64,000 bases of DNA from Kordiimonas sp. Lineage in GTDB: Bacteria > Pseudomonadota > Alphaproteobacteria > Sphingomonadales > Kordiimonadaceae. Positions within the stretch are counted from its first letter, which is position 1. Each line of letters starts with the position of its first letter. Below are positions 10,749 to 20,677 of the stretch, in pieces. The notes beneath the pieces are model-generated. The model made no database searches, was not told the DNA's origin, and saw only the letters and a list, made by a program, of their open reading frames with translations. The position numbers and the translations under genes were made by a program. The DNA is taken from assembly GCA_965199355.1 (NCBI GenBank), contig CBDARB010000011.1, forward strand, positions 148,588-212,587. Reading direction: 5' to 3'.

Positions 10749-11186
10749 ATGGCTTTGCATACTATTGTTTACAGCAGTAGAGAGGCTCACGAGTTTAGTG
10801 AGCAAGAGATTGAAGCGCTTCTGGTGGGAGCGCGCAGTCACAACTCTTCCGTCGGGATAACAGGCATATTATTCTATTTTGGCTATGTTTTTTTCCAGGT
10901 TCTGGAAGGCCCGGAAGAAGAGGTGCGTGATCTTTACCAAAGGATTGCTGCGGACCCTCGCCATAAGGATATTACGCTTCATGTGGATGAAGCTGCTCAA
11001 GGCAGACTGTTTGGGGATTGGTCCATGGCCTATACGGTTACGGATAGGGAAACCATTAGCCAGACGGACAATGTGGTTCAATTGTTTCAGCAGAAATCGA
11101 ACCATTTCTCATCAGCGTATGTTGACGCCCGCGAAGCCAAACTAATCTCCATGATTTCGCTGGTTGCTAAAACTATCGCGGCTTAA
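10749..11186 (+). CDS. Stand-alone BLUF domain protein (blue-light FAD sensor)
   Basis: IVYSS (Tyr), ARSHN (Asn), GITGIL, FFQVLEG (Gln), DPRH, FGDWSM (Trp/Met). Confidence 0.9.
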   Translation: MALHTIVYSSREAHEFSEQEIEALLVGARSHNSSVGITGILFYFGYVFFQVLEGPEEEVRDLYQRIAADPRHKDITLHVDEAAQGRLFGDWSMAYTVTDRETISQTDNVVQLFQQKSNHFSSAYVDAREAKLISMISLVAKTIAA

Positions 11187-11196
11187 GTAACCGGAT

Positions 11197-12156
11197 TTAC
11201 TCGTTCAGTAAGAAGCTCCGAACTTCCGCGGCGCTTTCTGTAGGCACTTCCTCCATAGGTAGGTGGCCAACACCTTCGAAAACCTTAAGTTTACTGTTTT
11301 CCAGCTGCTCATGCATTGCTTGGGCTGTTCTAACCCTGATTAACTTATCCTCATCTCCCCAAATAATCAGGGCAGGAATTGTTATGCGTGTGATGTCTAG
11401 CTCTCGGCTACCATTTTCGCGGTACCATGCAAACCGCAAACCAGTGGCGCGCCTGTTGCCGGGGTGACGGGCCAGTTCCCAGTAACGGTCGACCATGCTT
11501 TCTGTAATGAATGACTGGACGCTGGTGCTTTTTCGTAGTCCCTCCGCGGCAAGGCTGCGCGGCGTGATATTTTCCAGAATCCAGCTTGTGTACCAGCGGC
11601 CTGCAAGCTTGAATGCAAGCGGGTAGTCCGTATCTTCAGCATTTTCTAGTGGTGGCCTGATGCCTGCCGCATCCACAAGGATCATATGTGTCACATCGTC
11701 TGGGTGCTTGAGGGTATAATCGAGCGTTACCCCGCCGCCCATACTGTTTCCACCCAGAGCAAATGGCGGTAACTCCAACGCCTCGGTGAATTCCTTTAGA
11801 AACGAGGACATGCCTTCATAGGTATAATCATCACTTGGTATCGGGCCGGTAAGGCCGTGTCCGGGCAGGTCGACGGTAATGATGAAAAAGTCGTCGGCAA
11901 GGTCGCTTACCCATGGCTCCCACGTGTGCAATGAGGCGTTGGAGCCGTGCAGCAGCAATAGCGTTTGGCCTTCGCGGTTTCCCTGCATTCGATAATGGGC
12001 TGTTGCGCCGGAAGGAAGGTCAATGAAATCAGAAGCACCAGCGGCATATTTTTCTGCCAGAACGTCGTGCGGAATATCCGGTGTCCAGGCAGCATAGATA
12101 AATATCCCCACAACAAGGAGCGCAACACTTGCCATATATTTGAGCCATTTGAGCAC
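11197..12156 (-). CDS. Alpha/beta hydrolase (lipase/esterase) with N-terminal membrane anchor
   Basis: LLHGSNASLHTW, DLPGHG, GNSMGG nucleophile elbow, WGDEDKLI, GVGHLPMEE. Confidence 0.9.
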   Translation of the reverse strand: MLKWLKYMASVALLVVGIFIYAAWTPDIPHDVLAEKYAAGASDFIDLPSGATAHYRMQGNREGQTLLLLHGSNASLHTWEPWVSDLADDFFIITVDLPGHGLTGPIPSDDYTYEGMSSFLKEFTEALELPPFALGGNSMGGGVTLDYTLKHPDDVTHMILVDAAGIRPPLENAEDTDYPLAFKLAGRWYTSWILENITPRSLAAEGLRKSTSVQSFITESMVDRYWELARHPGNRRATGLRFAWYRENGSRELDITRITIPALIIWGDEDKLIRVRTAQAMHEQLENSKLKVFEGVGHLPMEEVPTESAAEVRSFLLNE

Positions 12157-12157
12157 G

Positions 12158-12787
12158 CTAGTTCTCCTGCTGCTGTAGCTCCGTTTCCCTAGCCTTTAAT
12201 ACTGTTTCAAGCGATGCCATGACGCTTTTCTCCATCCACCATGTTTCGTTCAGCATTTCAAAGTAGGCATCCAGAATTTTTTTGGGGTCTTCTTCATAAT
12301 TTACCAGCGTTTGTGCATCGCCGTTCTGTTGCCAGCGAAACTCGTGGGCTTCAAATAAAGCGAATACCTGAATAAGTGCACTCAGCCGTTCCAATTCGAT
12401 GTAGCTAATCAGATTGGTGAGTTTTGCAATTTCCCAATTGGCATCTGTCAGCAGAGCAGGGCGCATAATGCCTTCCCGATACATAGCAAGAAAAATGCGC
12501 TCATAGTCGGCATCCGTCAGGTCTTGGCTAGCTTTGGTTTCGGCGCGAATAAATTCCAGATGCTTGGAATGATGCTGGTGCGCTACCTTCAGTCGCTCTA
12601 GGTTTTCTGAAAGCTCAATGTATAGCTTGTCGAGAAGCTCCGTTTTTCGCTGTTCACGTTCGTGGTCTTCCCACCATTCATTGATGGCAAGGGCAAGCAG
12701 GATTGCAATGATAACGGCGGTTATCTCACGGCCAGCACTCCACGCGATAGCTTTCAAGTTTCTTGATGTATGTTCACCGTCAGCCAT
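12158..12787 (-). CDS. Hypothetical membrane-anchored protein
   Basis: EITAVIIAILLALAINEWWE hydrophobic helix followed by a charged helical region; stop 1 nt before the hydrolase start. Confidence 0.65.
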   Translation of the reverse strand: MADGEHTSRNLKAIAWSAGREITAVIIAILLALAINEWWEDHEREQRKTELLDKLYIELSENLERLKVAHQHHSKHLEFIRAETKASQDLTDADYERIFLAMYREGIMRPALLTDANWEIAKLTNLISYIELERLSALIQVFALFEAHEFRWQQNGDAQTLVNYEEDPKKILDAYFEMLNETWWMEKSVMASLETVLKARETELQQQEN

Positions 12788-12841
12788 TCTCTACCCCGAT
12801 CTGGCATCAGGTTAGTTTTGCTGCCGACTAAATGTCCAGCA

Positions 12842-13915
12842 CTATCCGCATTGGGCGCGGTGCATCATCATATGGTCTGCCAGCACAATTGCCATCATGG
12901 CTTCAGCAATTGGCACGGCGCGAATGCCCACGCAGGGGTCATGTCGCCCTTTGGTAACAACATCAGTTGCTTCACCGTCGCGTGTAACACTTTGACGTGG
13001 TGTCAGGATAGAGCTTGTTGGTTTGACAGAAAACCGGCCCACGATCTGCTGGCCGGTAGAAATTCCACCCAAAATACCGCCTGCATTGTTTGACAGGAAT
13101 ACAGGCTTGCCATCATTGCCAGGGCGCATCTGGTCAGCGTTTTCCTCGCCAGTTAACGCGGCAGCTTCCATGCCAGCGCCAATTTCGACGCCTTTGGCCG
13201 CATTAATGCTCATGAGTGCGGTTGCCAGGTCTGCGTCCAGTTTACCGTATACCGGCGCACCCCAGCCAGCGGGTACACCATCTGCCACCACTTCAATGAC
13301 CGCACCGATTGAACTGCCTGCCTTGCGTACTTTTTCAAGCTCAGTTGCCCAGTTTTCAGCAGCTACTGCGTCTGGGCAAAAAAGAGGATTCTTTCGAGCT
13401 TCATTCCAGTCCAGCCGGTCACGGTCAATTTTGTGGAGACCCATTTGCACCATGCCAGCGCTGATTTTGACGCCTTCGCCCAAAATTTTCCGGGCGACAG
13501 CCCCAGCTGCCACGCGGGCAGCGGTTTCACGGGCGCTTGAGCGTCCGCCACCCCTGTAGTCACGAATGCCATACTTTGCGTCGTAGGTGAAATCAGCATG
13601 GCCAGGGCGATAGCTTTTGGCGATATCGCCATAGTCTTTTGAGCGCTGGTCGACATTTTCAATCATTAGCTGGATTGAAGTGCCTGTTGTCTGTCCTTCA
13701 AAAACGCCAGACAGGATTTTTACTTCGTCAGGTTCTCGGCGCTGCGTCGTGTATTTGGATTGCCCCGGGCGGCGTTCATCCAGATATTTCTGGATGTCAG
13801 CCTCGGTTAGCGGCAAGCGCGGCGGCACGCCGTCAACGGTGCAACCAATTGCTGGTCCGTGACTTTCGCCCCAGCTTGTAAACCTGAACAATCTTCCAAA
13901 CGTATTGAAGGACAT
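12842..13915 (-). CDS. aroC: Chorismate synthase
   Basis: [43 protein letters not shown]. Confidence 0.97.
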   Translation of the reverse strand: MSFNTFGRLFRFTSWGESHGPAIGCTVDGVPPRLPLTEADIQKYLDERRPGQSKYTTQRREPDEVKILSGVFEGQTTGTSIQLMIENVDQRSKDYGDIAKSYRPGHADFTYDAKYGIRDYRGGGRSSARETAARVAAGAVARKILGEGVKISAGMVQMGLHKIDRDRLDWNEARKNPLFCPDAVAAENWATELEKVRKAGSSIGAVIEVVADGVPAGWGAPVYGKLDADLATALMSINAAKGVEIGAGMEAAALTGEENADQMRPGNDGKPVFLSNNAGGILGGISTGQQIVGRFSVKPTSSILTPRQSVTRDGEATDVVTKGRHDPCVGIRAVPIAEAMMAIVLADHMMMHRAQCG

Positions 13916-13916
13916 G

Positions 13917-13946
13917 AAATTCCCAGACTATAAATTCCCAGACTAT
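13917..13946. repeat. Perfect 15-bp tandem duplication AAATTCCCAGACTAT x2
   Basis: Read directly at 13917-13931 and 13932-13946; spans the fabI stop codon and the aroC ribosome-binding site. Confidence 0.95.
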
Positions 13947-14758
13947 TCGATGAGAGAAACAACGGCCTTCATGGAAGCGTCATCAGTTGGCATACAGGTT
14001 GTGTTAAACCCGGCATCCACATAGTGCGTCTCACCGGTTACGCCTGATGACAGATCAGACAACATATAAAGACCTGCACCCGCAACGTCATCAAGGGTGA
14101 TATTGCGCTTTAGGGGTGCGTTTTTCTCGTTGTATTTCAATAGCATGCGGAAGTCACCGACGCCAGATGCAGCCAGTGTACGCATAGGGCCAGCAGAAAT
14201 GGCATTGACCCTGATACCTTGTTCGCCAAGATCGCGCGCCATATAGCGTGTGCTCGCTTCAAGGGCAGCCTTTGCAACACCCATAACGTTATAGCGCGGC
14301 ACCACTTTCTCTGCACCATAATAGCTGAGTGTCAGCAGGCTTCCGCCTTCGGACATCATTTTTTCCGCGCGCTGCGCCACAGCGACAAAACTGTAGGCAG
14401 ACACATTCATGGTCATCAGGAAGTTATCGAGCGTTGTATCGACATAGCGGCCTTTAAGCTCGTTTTTATCGGAGTATCCAATCGCATGGACCACAAAGTC
14501 GAGTTTGCCCCATTTGGCTTGCAGTTTTTCAAACATGGCGTCGATAGACGCGCCATCAGACACATCGCATTCTTCAAGGAAATCTGCGCCCAGTGAGGAA
14601 GCGAGCGGCTCCACACGTTTTTTTAATGCGTCGCCAACGTATGTAAAAGCAAGCTCTGCACCCTGTTCAGCACAGGCTTTGGCGATACCCCAGGCCATTG
14701 ATTTGTCGTTTGCGACACCCATGATCAGGCCACGTTTGCCTTCCATAAGCTTTGTCAT
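13943..14758 (-). CDS. fabI: Enoyl-ACP reductase
   Basis: LIMGVANDKSMAWGIA, VVHAIGYSD, YNVMGVAKAALE, NAISAGPMRTLAA. Confidence 0.96.
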   Translation of the reverse strand: MTKLMEGKRGLIMGVANDKSMAWGIAKACAEQGAELAFTYVGDALKKRVEPLASSLGADFLEECDVSDGASIDAMFEKLQAKWGKLDFVVHAIGYSDKNELKGRYVDTTLDNFLMTMNVSAYSFVAVAQRAEKMMSEGGSLLTLSYYGAEKVVPRYNVMGVAKAALEASTRYMARDLGEQGIRVNAISAGPMRTLAASGVGDFRMLLKYNEKNAPLKRNITLDDVAGAGLYMLSDLSSGVTGETHYVDAGFNTTCMPTDDASMKAVVSLIE

Positions 14759-14809
14759 AGTTTGCCCCTTTTGATCCTGTTCACGGTGCTGGTACCATAG
14801 AGGCGCGCG

Positions 14810-15757
14810 TTACGCACCCTCTATCTGCTGTTTTTTAGCTGCAGGCGCGGCGTTTTCTTCCGTGTCTGGAACGTTAGTGGTGCCAGCCTGAATTTTGCGC
14901 CTGCGCCTGTTCATTACTGTATAGGCAGCATTCATTTCCGCCCCGATAACAAAGCCGATACTGACGAAGAAACAGAATAGCTGCAAGATGACAACGCCCG
15001 CGAGGGAGCCGTAGGTCAGATCATAGTTGTCAACATACCGCAGATAGACAGATAGTCCTTTTGCTGTGGCTAGAAGGACGAGCAAGGTAAAGATGGTGCC
15101 CGGCAGGCGTGATGCATTTTCCACCTTACGCGGTGTAAGAGCCAGAAACATAGCATAAAGGCCAAGCATAATGATGGCGGGGCTGACGAGCAGGCTCAGG
15201 TAACCCCATAAAGCTTCAACACCATCTGTCACAAAGTCCGGCACGTGCGCTCCTGCCGCCACCAACAGGGGCGGACCAAGGATTTGAATGGACATGGCGA
15301 TAATGATGGTGCCCGCTCCAAAGATAATGATGGCAAGGCTTTCTAACCGCCTTATCCATGCCGGGTTGGCATTTTGCCTGCCAAAAGCCTTAATCAGCGC
15401 GTCACGGGCTGCTTCGACCCCTAATGCTGCTGTCCAAATGGCAAACAGGATGGAACCGGTAAGGATGCGAGGGCCTGTATTAGCAATAATACCCTGGATG
15501 GGGCCATCAATGACGCTCGAAACTTCAGGGGGCAATACTTCATAAAGGAAATTGATTGCAGCCAGCCCTGTGTCTGTCTGTCCAAGGAAACCAGAGAGCG
15601 CCACCAGAAAAATAATGAAGGGAAACAGAGACAGCATGGCAAGAAATGCCATGTTGCCAGCTTCTGCCATGCCATGGTTGCGGCCAAATTGCTTAAGGGT
15701 GCGTTTCAGGGCAAAGCTATGTCGCTCTGCAAACGACATGTCGTTTGTCTCGGTCAA
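14810..15757 (-). CDS. YihY/BrkB family inner membrane protein
   Basis: AGNMAFLAMLSLFP and YDLTYGSLAGVVI...GAEMNA; several transmembrane helices. Confidence 0.88.
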   Translation of the reverse strand: MTETNDMSFAERHSFALKRTLKQFGRNHGMAEAGNMAFLAMLSLFPFIIFLVALSGFLGQTDTGLAAINFLYEVLPPEVSSVIDGPIQGIIANTGPRILTGSILFAIWTAALGVEAARDALIKAFGRQNANPAWIRRLESLAIIIFGAGTIIIAMSIQILGPPLLVAAGAHVPDFVTDGVEALWGYLSLLVSPAIIMLGLYAMFLALTPRKVENASRLPGTIFTLLVLLATAKGLSVYLRYVDNYDLTYGSLAGVVILQLFCFFVSIGFVIGAEMNAAYTVMNRRRRKIQAGTTNVPDTEENAAPAAKKQQIEGA

Positions 15758-16683
15758 CTCAGTCCCGCTTTTTTCCGCAGGGTATCACCGCCATTTCCTC
15801 CCCACTGTTTTACTGCGCGTTCAAGCTCAAGGTCGCGTTTGGCTGGCGCCATGATTTTGAGGGCAACATACATATTCCCTGAACCTGACTTGGTCACCAC
15901 CCCTTTTTCTTTCAAGCGTAATTTGGTGCCGCTTGATGAATTGCGAGGAATGCGGATCGTCAGCTTGCCTCTTGGTGTGGGTACCTGAATATCACCACCC
16001 AGAATAGCTTCATCAATCGAGATCGGCAGTTCAAGGTGAATATCATTGCCTTCCCGTTTGAAATAGGGGTGTGTGGCAACCCGTACTTCAACCAGTGCAT
16101 CACCCTTTGGCCCTGAACCAAGCCCGGGGCCACCCTGACCGCTCAGTCGGATGACCTGTCCACTTTTTATGCCGGCGGGTATTTTAATGTCTACACTGCG
16201 GCCATCATTAAGGGTCAGCCTGCGGGTGCCGCCGTTGATGGATTCTTCAAAACCAATCGTCACCTCATAGCTGATATCGAGGCCCTTGGATTTGGGTGGC
16301 TGCTGTGTTCTGGCACCGTTCCCGCGTCTTGACTTGCCGCCGCCAGTGAATCGGAAAAATTCCGAGAAAACGCTTTCGGCATCGTCCATGTCGAACTCGC
16401 GCCGAGCACGCTTGCTAAAGCCGCCGGGCCGAAAACCACCACCAAAGCCAGCAGCTTTTTCATTGCCGTTTTCGTCAATTTCACCGCGGTCGTATTTGCC
16501 GCGTTGGTCGCTGTCTCCAAGGATGGAATATGCGGCAGACACTTCTTTAAAACGGTCCGCTATGCGCTTGTCATCTTTATTGAGGTCAGGGTGCAATTCT
16601 TTGGCGAGAGTCCGATAGGCTTTCTTGATATCTGCCTGGCTCGCTTGTTTTTCTACACCGAGGATACTGTACAGGTTTCGCAT
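15754..16683 (-). CDS. DnaJ-class chaperone (CbpA-like, no zinc finger)
   Basis: J domain with LHPDLN, G/F-rich linker and DnaJ C-terminal domains. Confidence 0.92.
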   Translation of the reverse strand: MRNLYSILGVEKQASQADIKKAYRTLAKELHPDLNKDDKRIADRFKEVSAAYSILGDSDQRGKYDRGEIDENGNEKAAGFGGGFRPGGFSKRARREFDMDDAESVFSEFFRFTGGGKSRRGNGARTQQPPKSKGLDISYEVTIGFEESINGGTRRLTLNDGRSVDIKIPAGIKSGQVIRLSGQGGPGLGSGPKGDALVEVRVATHPYFKREGNDIHLELPISIDEAILGGDIQVPTPRGKLTIRIPRNSSSGTKLRLKEKGVVTKSGSGNMYVALKIMAPAKRDLELERAVKQWGGNGGDTLRKKAGLS

Positions 16684-16878
16684 GACGTTGGTTCTACTGA
16701 CAAAACGGATTGTCGATTATTGTTATGATAACTATATACTGCTGCATATCGTTGTCGCAATCGTGGCGTTCAAGAGGCCGGGAAAAATGATCTTTCGACG
16801 GACCTTAGTCGTATTAGGTTACCAAAATCTCAAGCAACGCAAAAAAAGCACATACAAAGTTTAAGAGGATCACATTCT

Positions 16879-17475
16879 ATGGGTTCAGCACCATTTAATA
16901 CGCCGTTTGATTTGACGCAAGAATGGCTTGCCGACGCGGAACAATCTGAGGTGAATGACCCAACCGCAATGGCGCTTGCCACGGTTGGCGCCTCGGGTGC
17001 CCCCAGTGTGCGTATGGTGTTGCTTAAAGGGTGCGACGAAAAAGGGTTAGTTTTTTACACCAACTTCGGTAGCCGAAAAGGTGAGGAACTACTCGCGAAC
17101 CCTAATGCTGCGCTGCTATTTCATTGGAAATCACTGCGGCGTCAAATTCGTGTTGAAGGCAAAGTTGAAGTTGTGACAGACGCTGAAGCCGATATCTATT
17201 TCGCCTCTCGCCCGCGTGCTAGCCAGATTGGCGCCTGGGCGTCCAAGCAATCTCGGCCCATGCAAGGCCGTTTTGAATTTGAAACGGAAATCGCCAAATA
17301 CACTGCGAAATTTGGGGCTGGCGATGTGCCGCGACCAGACTTTTGGTCCGGTTTCAGGCTGGTGCCAAACTATTTTGAATTTTGGCGCGACAGGAAGTTC
17401 CGCCTGCATGAGCGAAAAACCTTTTCGCTTGATGATCAGGGGCAAGGCTGGGCCACTGAGGAAATCTACCCCTGA
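16879..17475 (+). CDS. pdxH: Pyridoxamine 5'-phosphate oxidase
   Basis: [48 protein letters not shown]. Confidence 0.95.
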   Translation: MGSAPFNTPFDLTQEWLADAEQSEVNDPTAMALATVGASGAPSVRMVLLKGCDEKGLVFYTNFGSRKGEELLANPNAALLFHWKSLRRQIRVEGKVEVVTDAEADIYFASRPRASQIGAWASKQSRPMQGRFEFETEIAKYTAKFGAGDVPRPDFWSGFRLVPNYFEFWRDRKFRLHERKTFSLDDQGQGWATEEIYP

Positions 17476-17547
17476 TGCTTTGACCTTCGCGGCAATTGTC
17501 TTAGGTTAAATGCAGAGAGCCCAGGCCATACATTCGGGGAGAGAACC

Positions 17548-18999
17548 ATGGACGGCATGCATTATGTAGAAACACCGGAAGAAGACATCGCAAGCTTACT
17601 GGCTCGCCAACGCACCGCCTACCTGGCTGAAGGTGAGGTCACGGTCAGTGTCAGGAAAGATCGTCTGAACCGTGCACTTGCGGTATTGATGGACAATAAA
17701 GACGAATTTGTTCGGGTAATATCGGAAGATTTTGGCAATCGCTCTGCCGACACTACCTTATTTGCTGATGTTGCCGCCAGCGCAAGTGCGCTTAAGGAAG
17801 CAATCAAGCATGTTGCTAAGTGGATGCGACCTGAAAAACGGCCACTGCAGTTCCCTCTGGGTTTGCTTGGGGCTAAGGCACAGGTGGTGCCACAACCAAA
17901 AGGTGTTGTTGGTCTTATCACGCCATGGAATTTCCCACTCACCATGGTTTTCGTGCCGCTTGCGCAAATGCTGGCTGCTGGAAACCGTGTAGTCATTAAG
18001 CCGTCAGAACATACACCGCAAACATCTGCCTTGTTCGCCAAGGCGTTCGCTGAAAAGTTCGATGATACAGAAGTCGCCGTCGTAAATGGCGCCGTTGAGA
18101 CCAGCCAGGCATTTGCCAGGCAGCCTTGGGATCATCTGATGTTCACAGGCGCACCCGTCGTGGGCAAGCTTATCATGCGGGCCGCCAGCGAACACCTGAC
18201 GCCTGTCACGCTTGAACTTGGTGGGAAAAGCCCTGTTGTGGTTGGGGAGAGTGCTAATCTTGATATGGTGGCAGAACGCGTTGCAACCATGAAGCTTTTG
18301 AACGCCGGGCAAATCTGCCTTGCGCCTGATTATGTGAATCTTAAAAAGGATAAGCGGGACGCTTTTGTCGAAAGTTACACCAAACGTGTAAAAGGCATGT
18401 ACCCAAGCATGCTGGCGAACGATGAATATACGTCCATTATCTCCAGCCGTCACCGGGAACGCCTTGAAGGTTATATCGAGGATGCCAAGGACAAGGGCGC
18501 AGATGTTCGCATCATCAACCCGGCGGATGAGGATTTTGCCGGGCAGAACCAAGGCAACAAGCTGCCTGCTGCGGTTATCCTTGACCCTACCGATGATATG
18601 AAGGTGATGCAGGAAGAAATTTTTGGTCCCATTTTGCCGGTGCGCACCTATGAAAAAACAGATGACGTGGTTGACTATGTGAACAACGGGGAGCGTCCGC
18701 TCGCGCTGTATTACTTTGGAGAGGATGAGGCCGAGCAGAAAAAGGTGTTAACCCGCACCACATCTGGCGGTGTAACAGTCAATGATATTCTGTGGCATGG
18801 TGGCCATGAAAGTTTACCGTTCGGCGGTGTTGGCAATAGCGGCATGGGGGCTTATCACGGCTACGATGGCTTCAAGGAGTTTAGCCATATGAAGCCTGTG
18901 CTTAAACACCCGCCCAAAACCAGCATTGCCAGGCTGTTGGGTGTTGTTCCACCCTATACAGACAAGCTGAAAAAGAACGTGGATCGCATGATCAAATAA
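17548..18999 (+). CDS. Aldehyde dehydrogenase (coniferyl/fatty aldehyde DH-like, ALDH3 type)
   Basis: PWNFP, TLELGGKSP, NAGQICLAPDY, QEEIFGPILP, PFGGVGNSGMGAYHG. Confidence 0.92.
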   Translation: MDGMHYVETPEEDIASLLARQRTAYLAEGEVTVSVRKDRLNRALAVLMDNKDEFVRVISEDFGNRSADTTLFADVAASASALKEAIKHVAKWMRPEKRPLQFPLGLLGAKAQVVPQPKGVVGLITPWNFPLTMVFVPLAQMLAAGNRVVIKPSEHTPQTSALFAKAFAEKFDDTEVAVVNGAVETSQAFARQPWDHLMFTGAPVVGKLIMRAASEHLTPVTLELGGKSPVVVGESANLDMVAERVATMKLLNAGQICLAPDYVNLKKDKRDAFVESYTKRVKGMYPSMLANDEYTSIISSRHRERLEGYIEDAKDKGADVRIINPADEDFAGQNQGNKLPAAVILDPTDDMKVMQEEIFGPILPVRTYEKTDDVVDYVNNGERPLALYYFGEDEAEQKKVLTRTTSGGVTVNDILWHGGHESLPFGGVGNSGMGAYHGYDGFKEFSHMKPVLKHPPKTSIARLLGVVPPYTDKLKKNVDRMIK

Positions 19000-19051
19000 T
19001 TCATGTGCGTTCTGAAGTTGCTCATGGGAAATTGATGTCAGGGGGTAATTG

Positions 19052-20206
19052 ATGTCAGAAAGTTTTTCGTTCGACAATGTAGCCTCCTTGCTGGTTGAGG
19101 ATGGTGCAGCAGAAAGGCTTGGTTCCACACTGGCGGACCGTTTTGGTGTTCAGAAGGCTCTAGTTGTTACCGACAAAGGAATAATGTCACTGGGCCTTGC
19201 TGGTGGGGCCTTACGCTCGCTTGAAGAAAACGGTTTTACGCCCCTTGTTTTTGACAAGGTGGCAGCGGACCCTGCGGAGAGCATTATTCTGGAAGCGTCA
19301 AAGCTCGCGATTGACGAAAATATCGGCTTGGTTGTCGGGTTTGGCGGTGGCAGTTCGATGGACGTAGCCAAACTGGTTGCTATCCTAGCCAAACAGGAAC
19401 AGTCGCTGTCCGACATGTATGGTGTTGGTATGGTGCGCTCCAGCAGATTGCCGCTTGTCTTGGTGCCAACAACCGCGGGCACAGGCTCTGAAGTGACGCC
19501 CATTTCGGTGGTGACGACAGGCGAACACACCAAAATGGGGGTTTCTGATCGCACTCTATACGGTGATTTAGCAGTTATTGATGCGACCCTTACCACAGGT
19601 TTGCCCCGGCATGTGACTGCTGCAACGGGTATTGACGCAATGGTGCATGCCATTGAAGCTTACACCTCTCGCATCAAGAAGAACCTTCTGTCGGATACGC
19701 TTGCCATTCAGGCGCTAAAAATGCTTGGCGGTAGTATTGTGAAGGCTTGCGAGCAGCCTGATGACCTGAGCGCGCGCCGTGCCATGCTAACGGGTGCCAT
19801 GGTGGCAGGGCAAGCTTTTGCCAATGCCCCGGTAGGTGCCGTTCATGCGCTTGCTTATCCGCTTGGTGGTCGATTTCATATTCCGCATGGTCATTCCAAT
19901 TCACTGGTGCTGCCGCATGTGCTTCGCTTTAATGCTTCGGTCGCCAGCCCGCTTTATGCTGAACTTTCTGACGCTCTTGGTCTTGGCGGTAGCAGCGAAA
20001 ATGCCAAGACTGATGCCTTAATAAACTGGCTTGTTGAACTAACAACAGCAACTGGCATTGAGATGCGTCTGCGCGATATGGAAATCGCCGAAGCGGATTT
20101 GCCAATGCTGGCGGAAGACGCGATGGATCAAACCCGATTATTGGTCAATAACCCCAGGGCTGTAAGCCAGCAGCAAGCGTTGGAAATTTATGAGCAGGCT
20201 TGGTAA
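19052..20206 (+). CDS. Iron-containing alcohol dehydrogenase
   Basis: GFGGGSSMDVAK, VPTTAGTGSEVT, DAMVHAIEAY, VHALAYP, PHGHSN. Confidence 0.92.
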   Translation: MSESFSFDNVASLLVEDGAAERLGSTLADRFGVQKALVVTDKGIMSLGLAGGALRSLEENGFTPLVFDKVAADPAESIILEASKLAIDENIGLVVGFGGGSSMDVAKLVAILAKQEQSLSDMYGVGMVRSSRLPLVLVPTTAGTGSEVTPISVVTTGEHTKMGVSDRTLYGDLAVIDATLTTGLPRHVTAATGIDAMVHAIEAYTSRIKKNLLSDTLAIQALKMLGGSIVKACEQPDDLSARRAMLTGAMVAGQAFANAPVGAVHALAYPLGGRFHIPHGHSNSLVLPHVLRFNASVASPLYAELSDALGLGGSSENAKTDALINWLVELTTATGIEMRLRDMEIAEADLPMLAEDAMDQTRLLVNNPRAVSQQQALEIYEQAW

Positions 20207-20641
20207 GTGACTGATAAAATAGATATTTCTTCTTACCCCCATACGACAAAAATACCGACCCGCTGGATGGATAATGACGTCTATGGGCACGTAAATAATG
20301 TTCAGTATTACAGTTTTTTTGACACAGCGGTGAATGGCTATCTGGTTGATGCTGGTGTGCTGGATATGCACGAGGGTGAGACTATCGGATTAGTGGTCGA
20401 AACCGGTTGCAACTATTTTGCACCGATTGCCTTTCCTGATGTGGTTGTTGCGGGCGTTGCTGTCGAGCGTATCGGCAACAGCAGTGTCAAATATCGCATT
20501 GGCTTGTTCAGGGCTGGAGACAAAGAACCCTCCGCCCAAGGTTTTTTTGTTCATGTTTATGTGGACAGGGAAAGCCGCCGCCCCACTTCAATACCTAACG
20601 ATATGAGAACGGCACTTGAGGCTATTAAGCTGAAGAATTGA
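20207..20641 (+). CDS. Hot-dog fold acyl-CoA thioesterase (YbgC/4HBT-like)
   Basis: RWMDNDVYGHVNNVQYYSFFD. Confidence 0.9.
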   Translation: MTDKIDISSYPHTTKIPTRWMDNDVYGHVNNVQYYSFFDTAVNGYLVDAGVLDMHEGETIGLVVETGCNYFAPIAFPDVVVAGVAVERIGNSSVKYRIGLFRAGDKEPSAQGFFVHVYVDRESRRPTSIPNDMRTALEAIKLKN

Positions 20642-20677
20642 CTGGCCAAGGTGTCACCTGAAGTATTGGGGAGTGTT

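Noticed and set aside
16790-16850. Possible RpoH promoter for the CbpA-like gene (CTTGAG...CCTAAT on the minus strand)
   Set aside because: The spacing is too short for the consensus as I know it.
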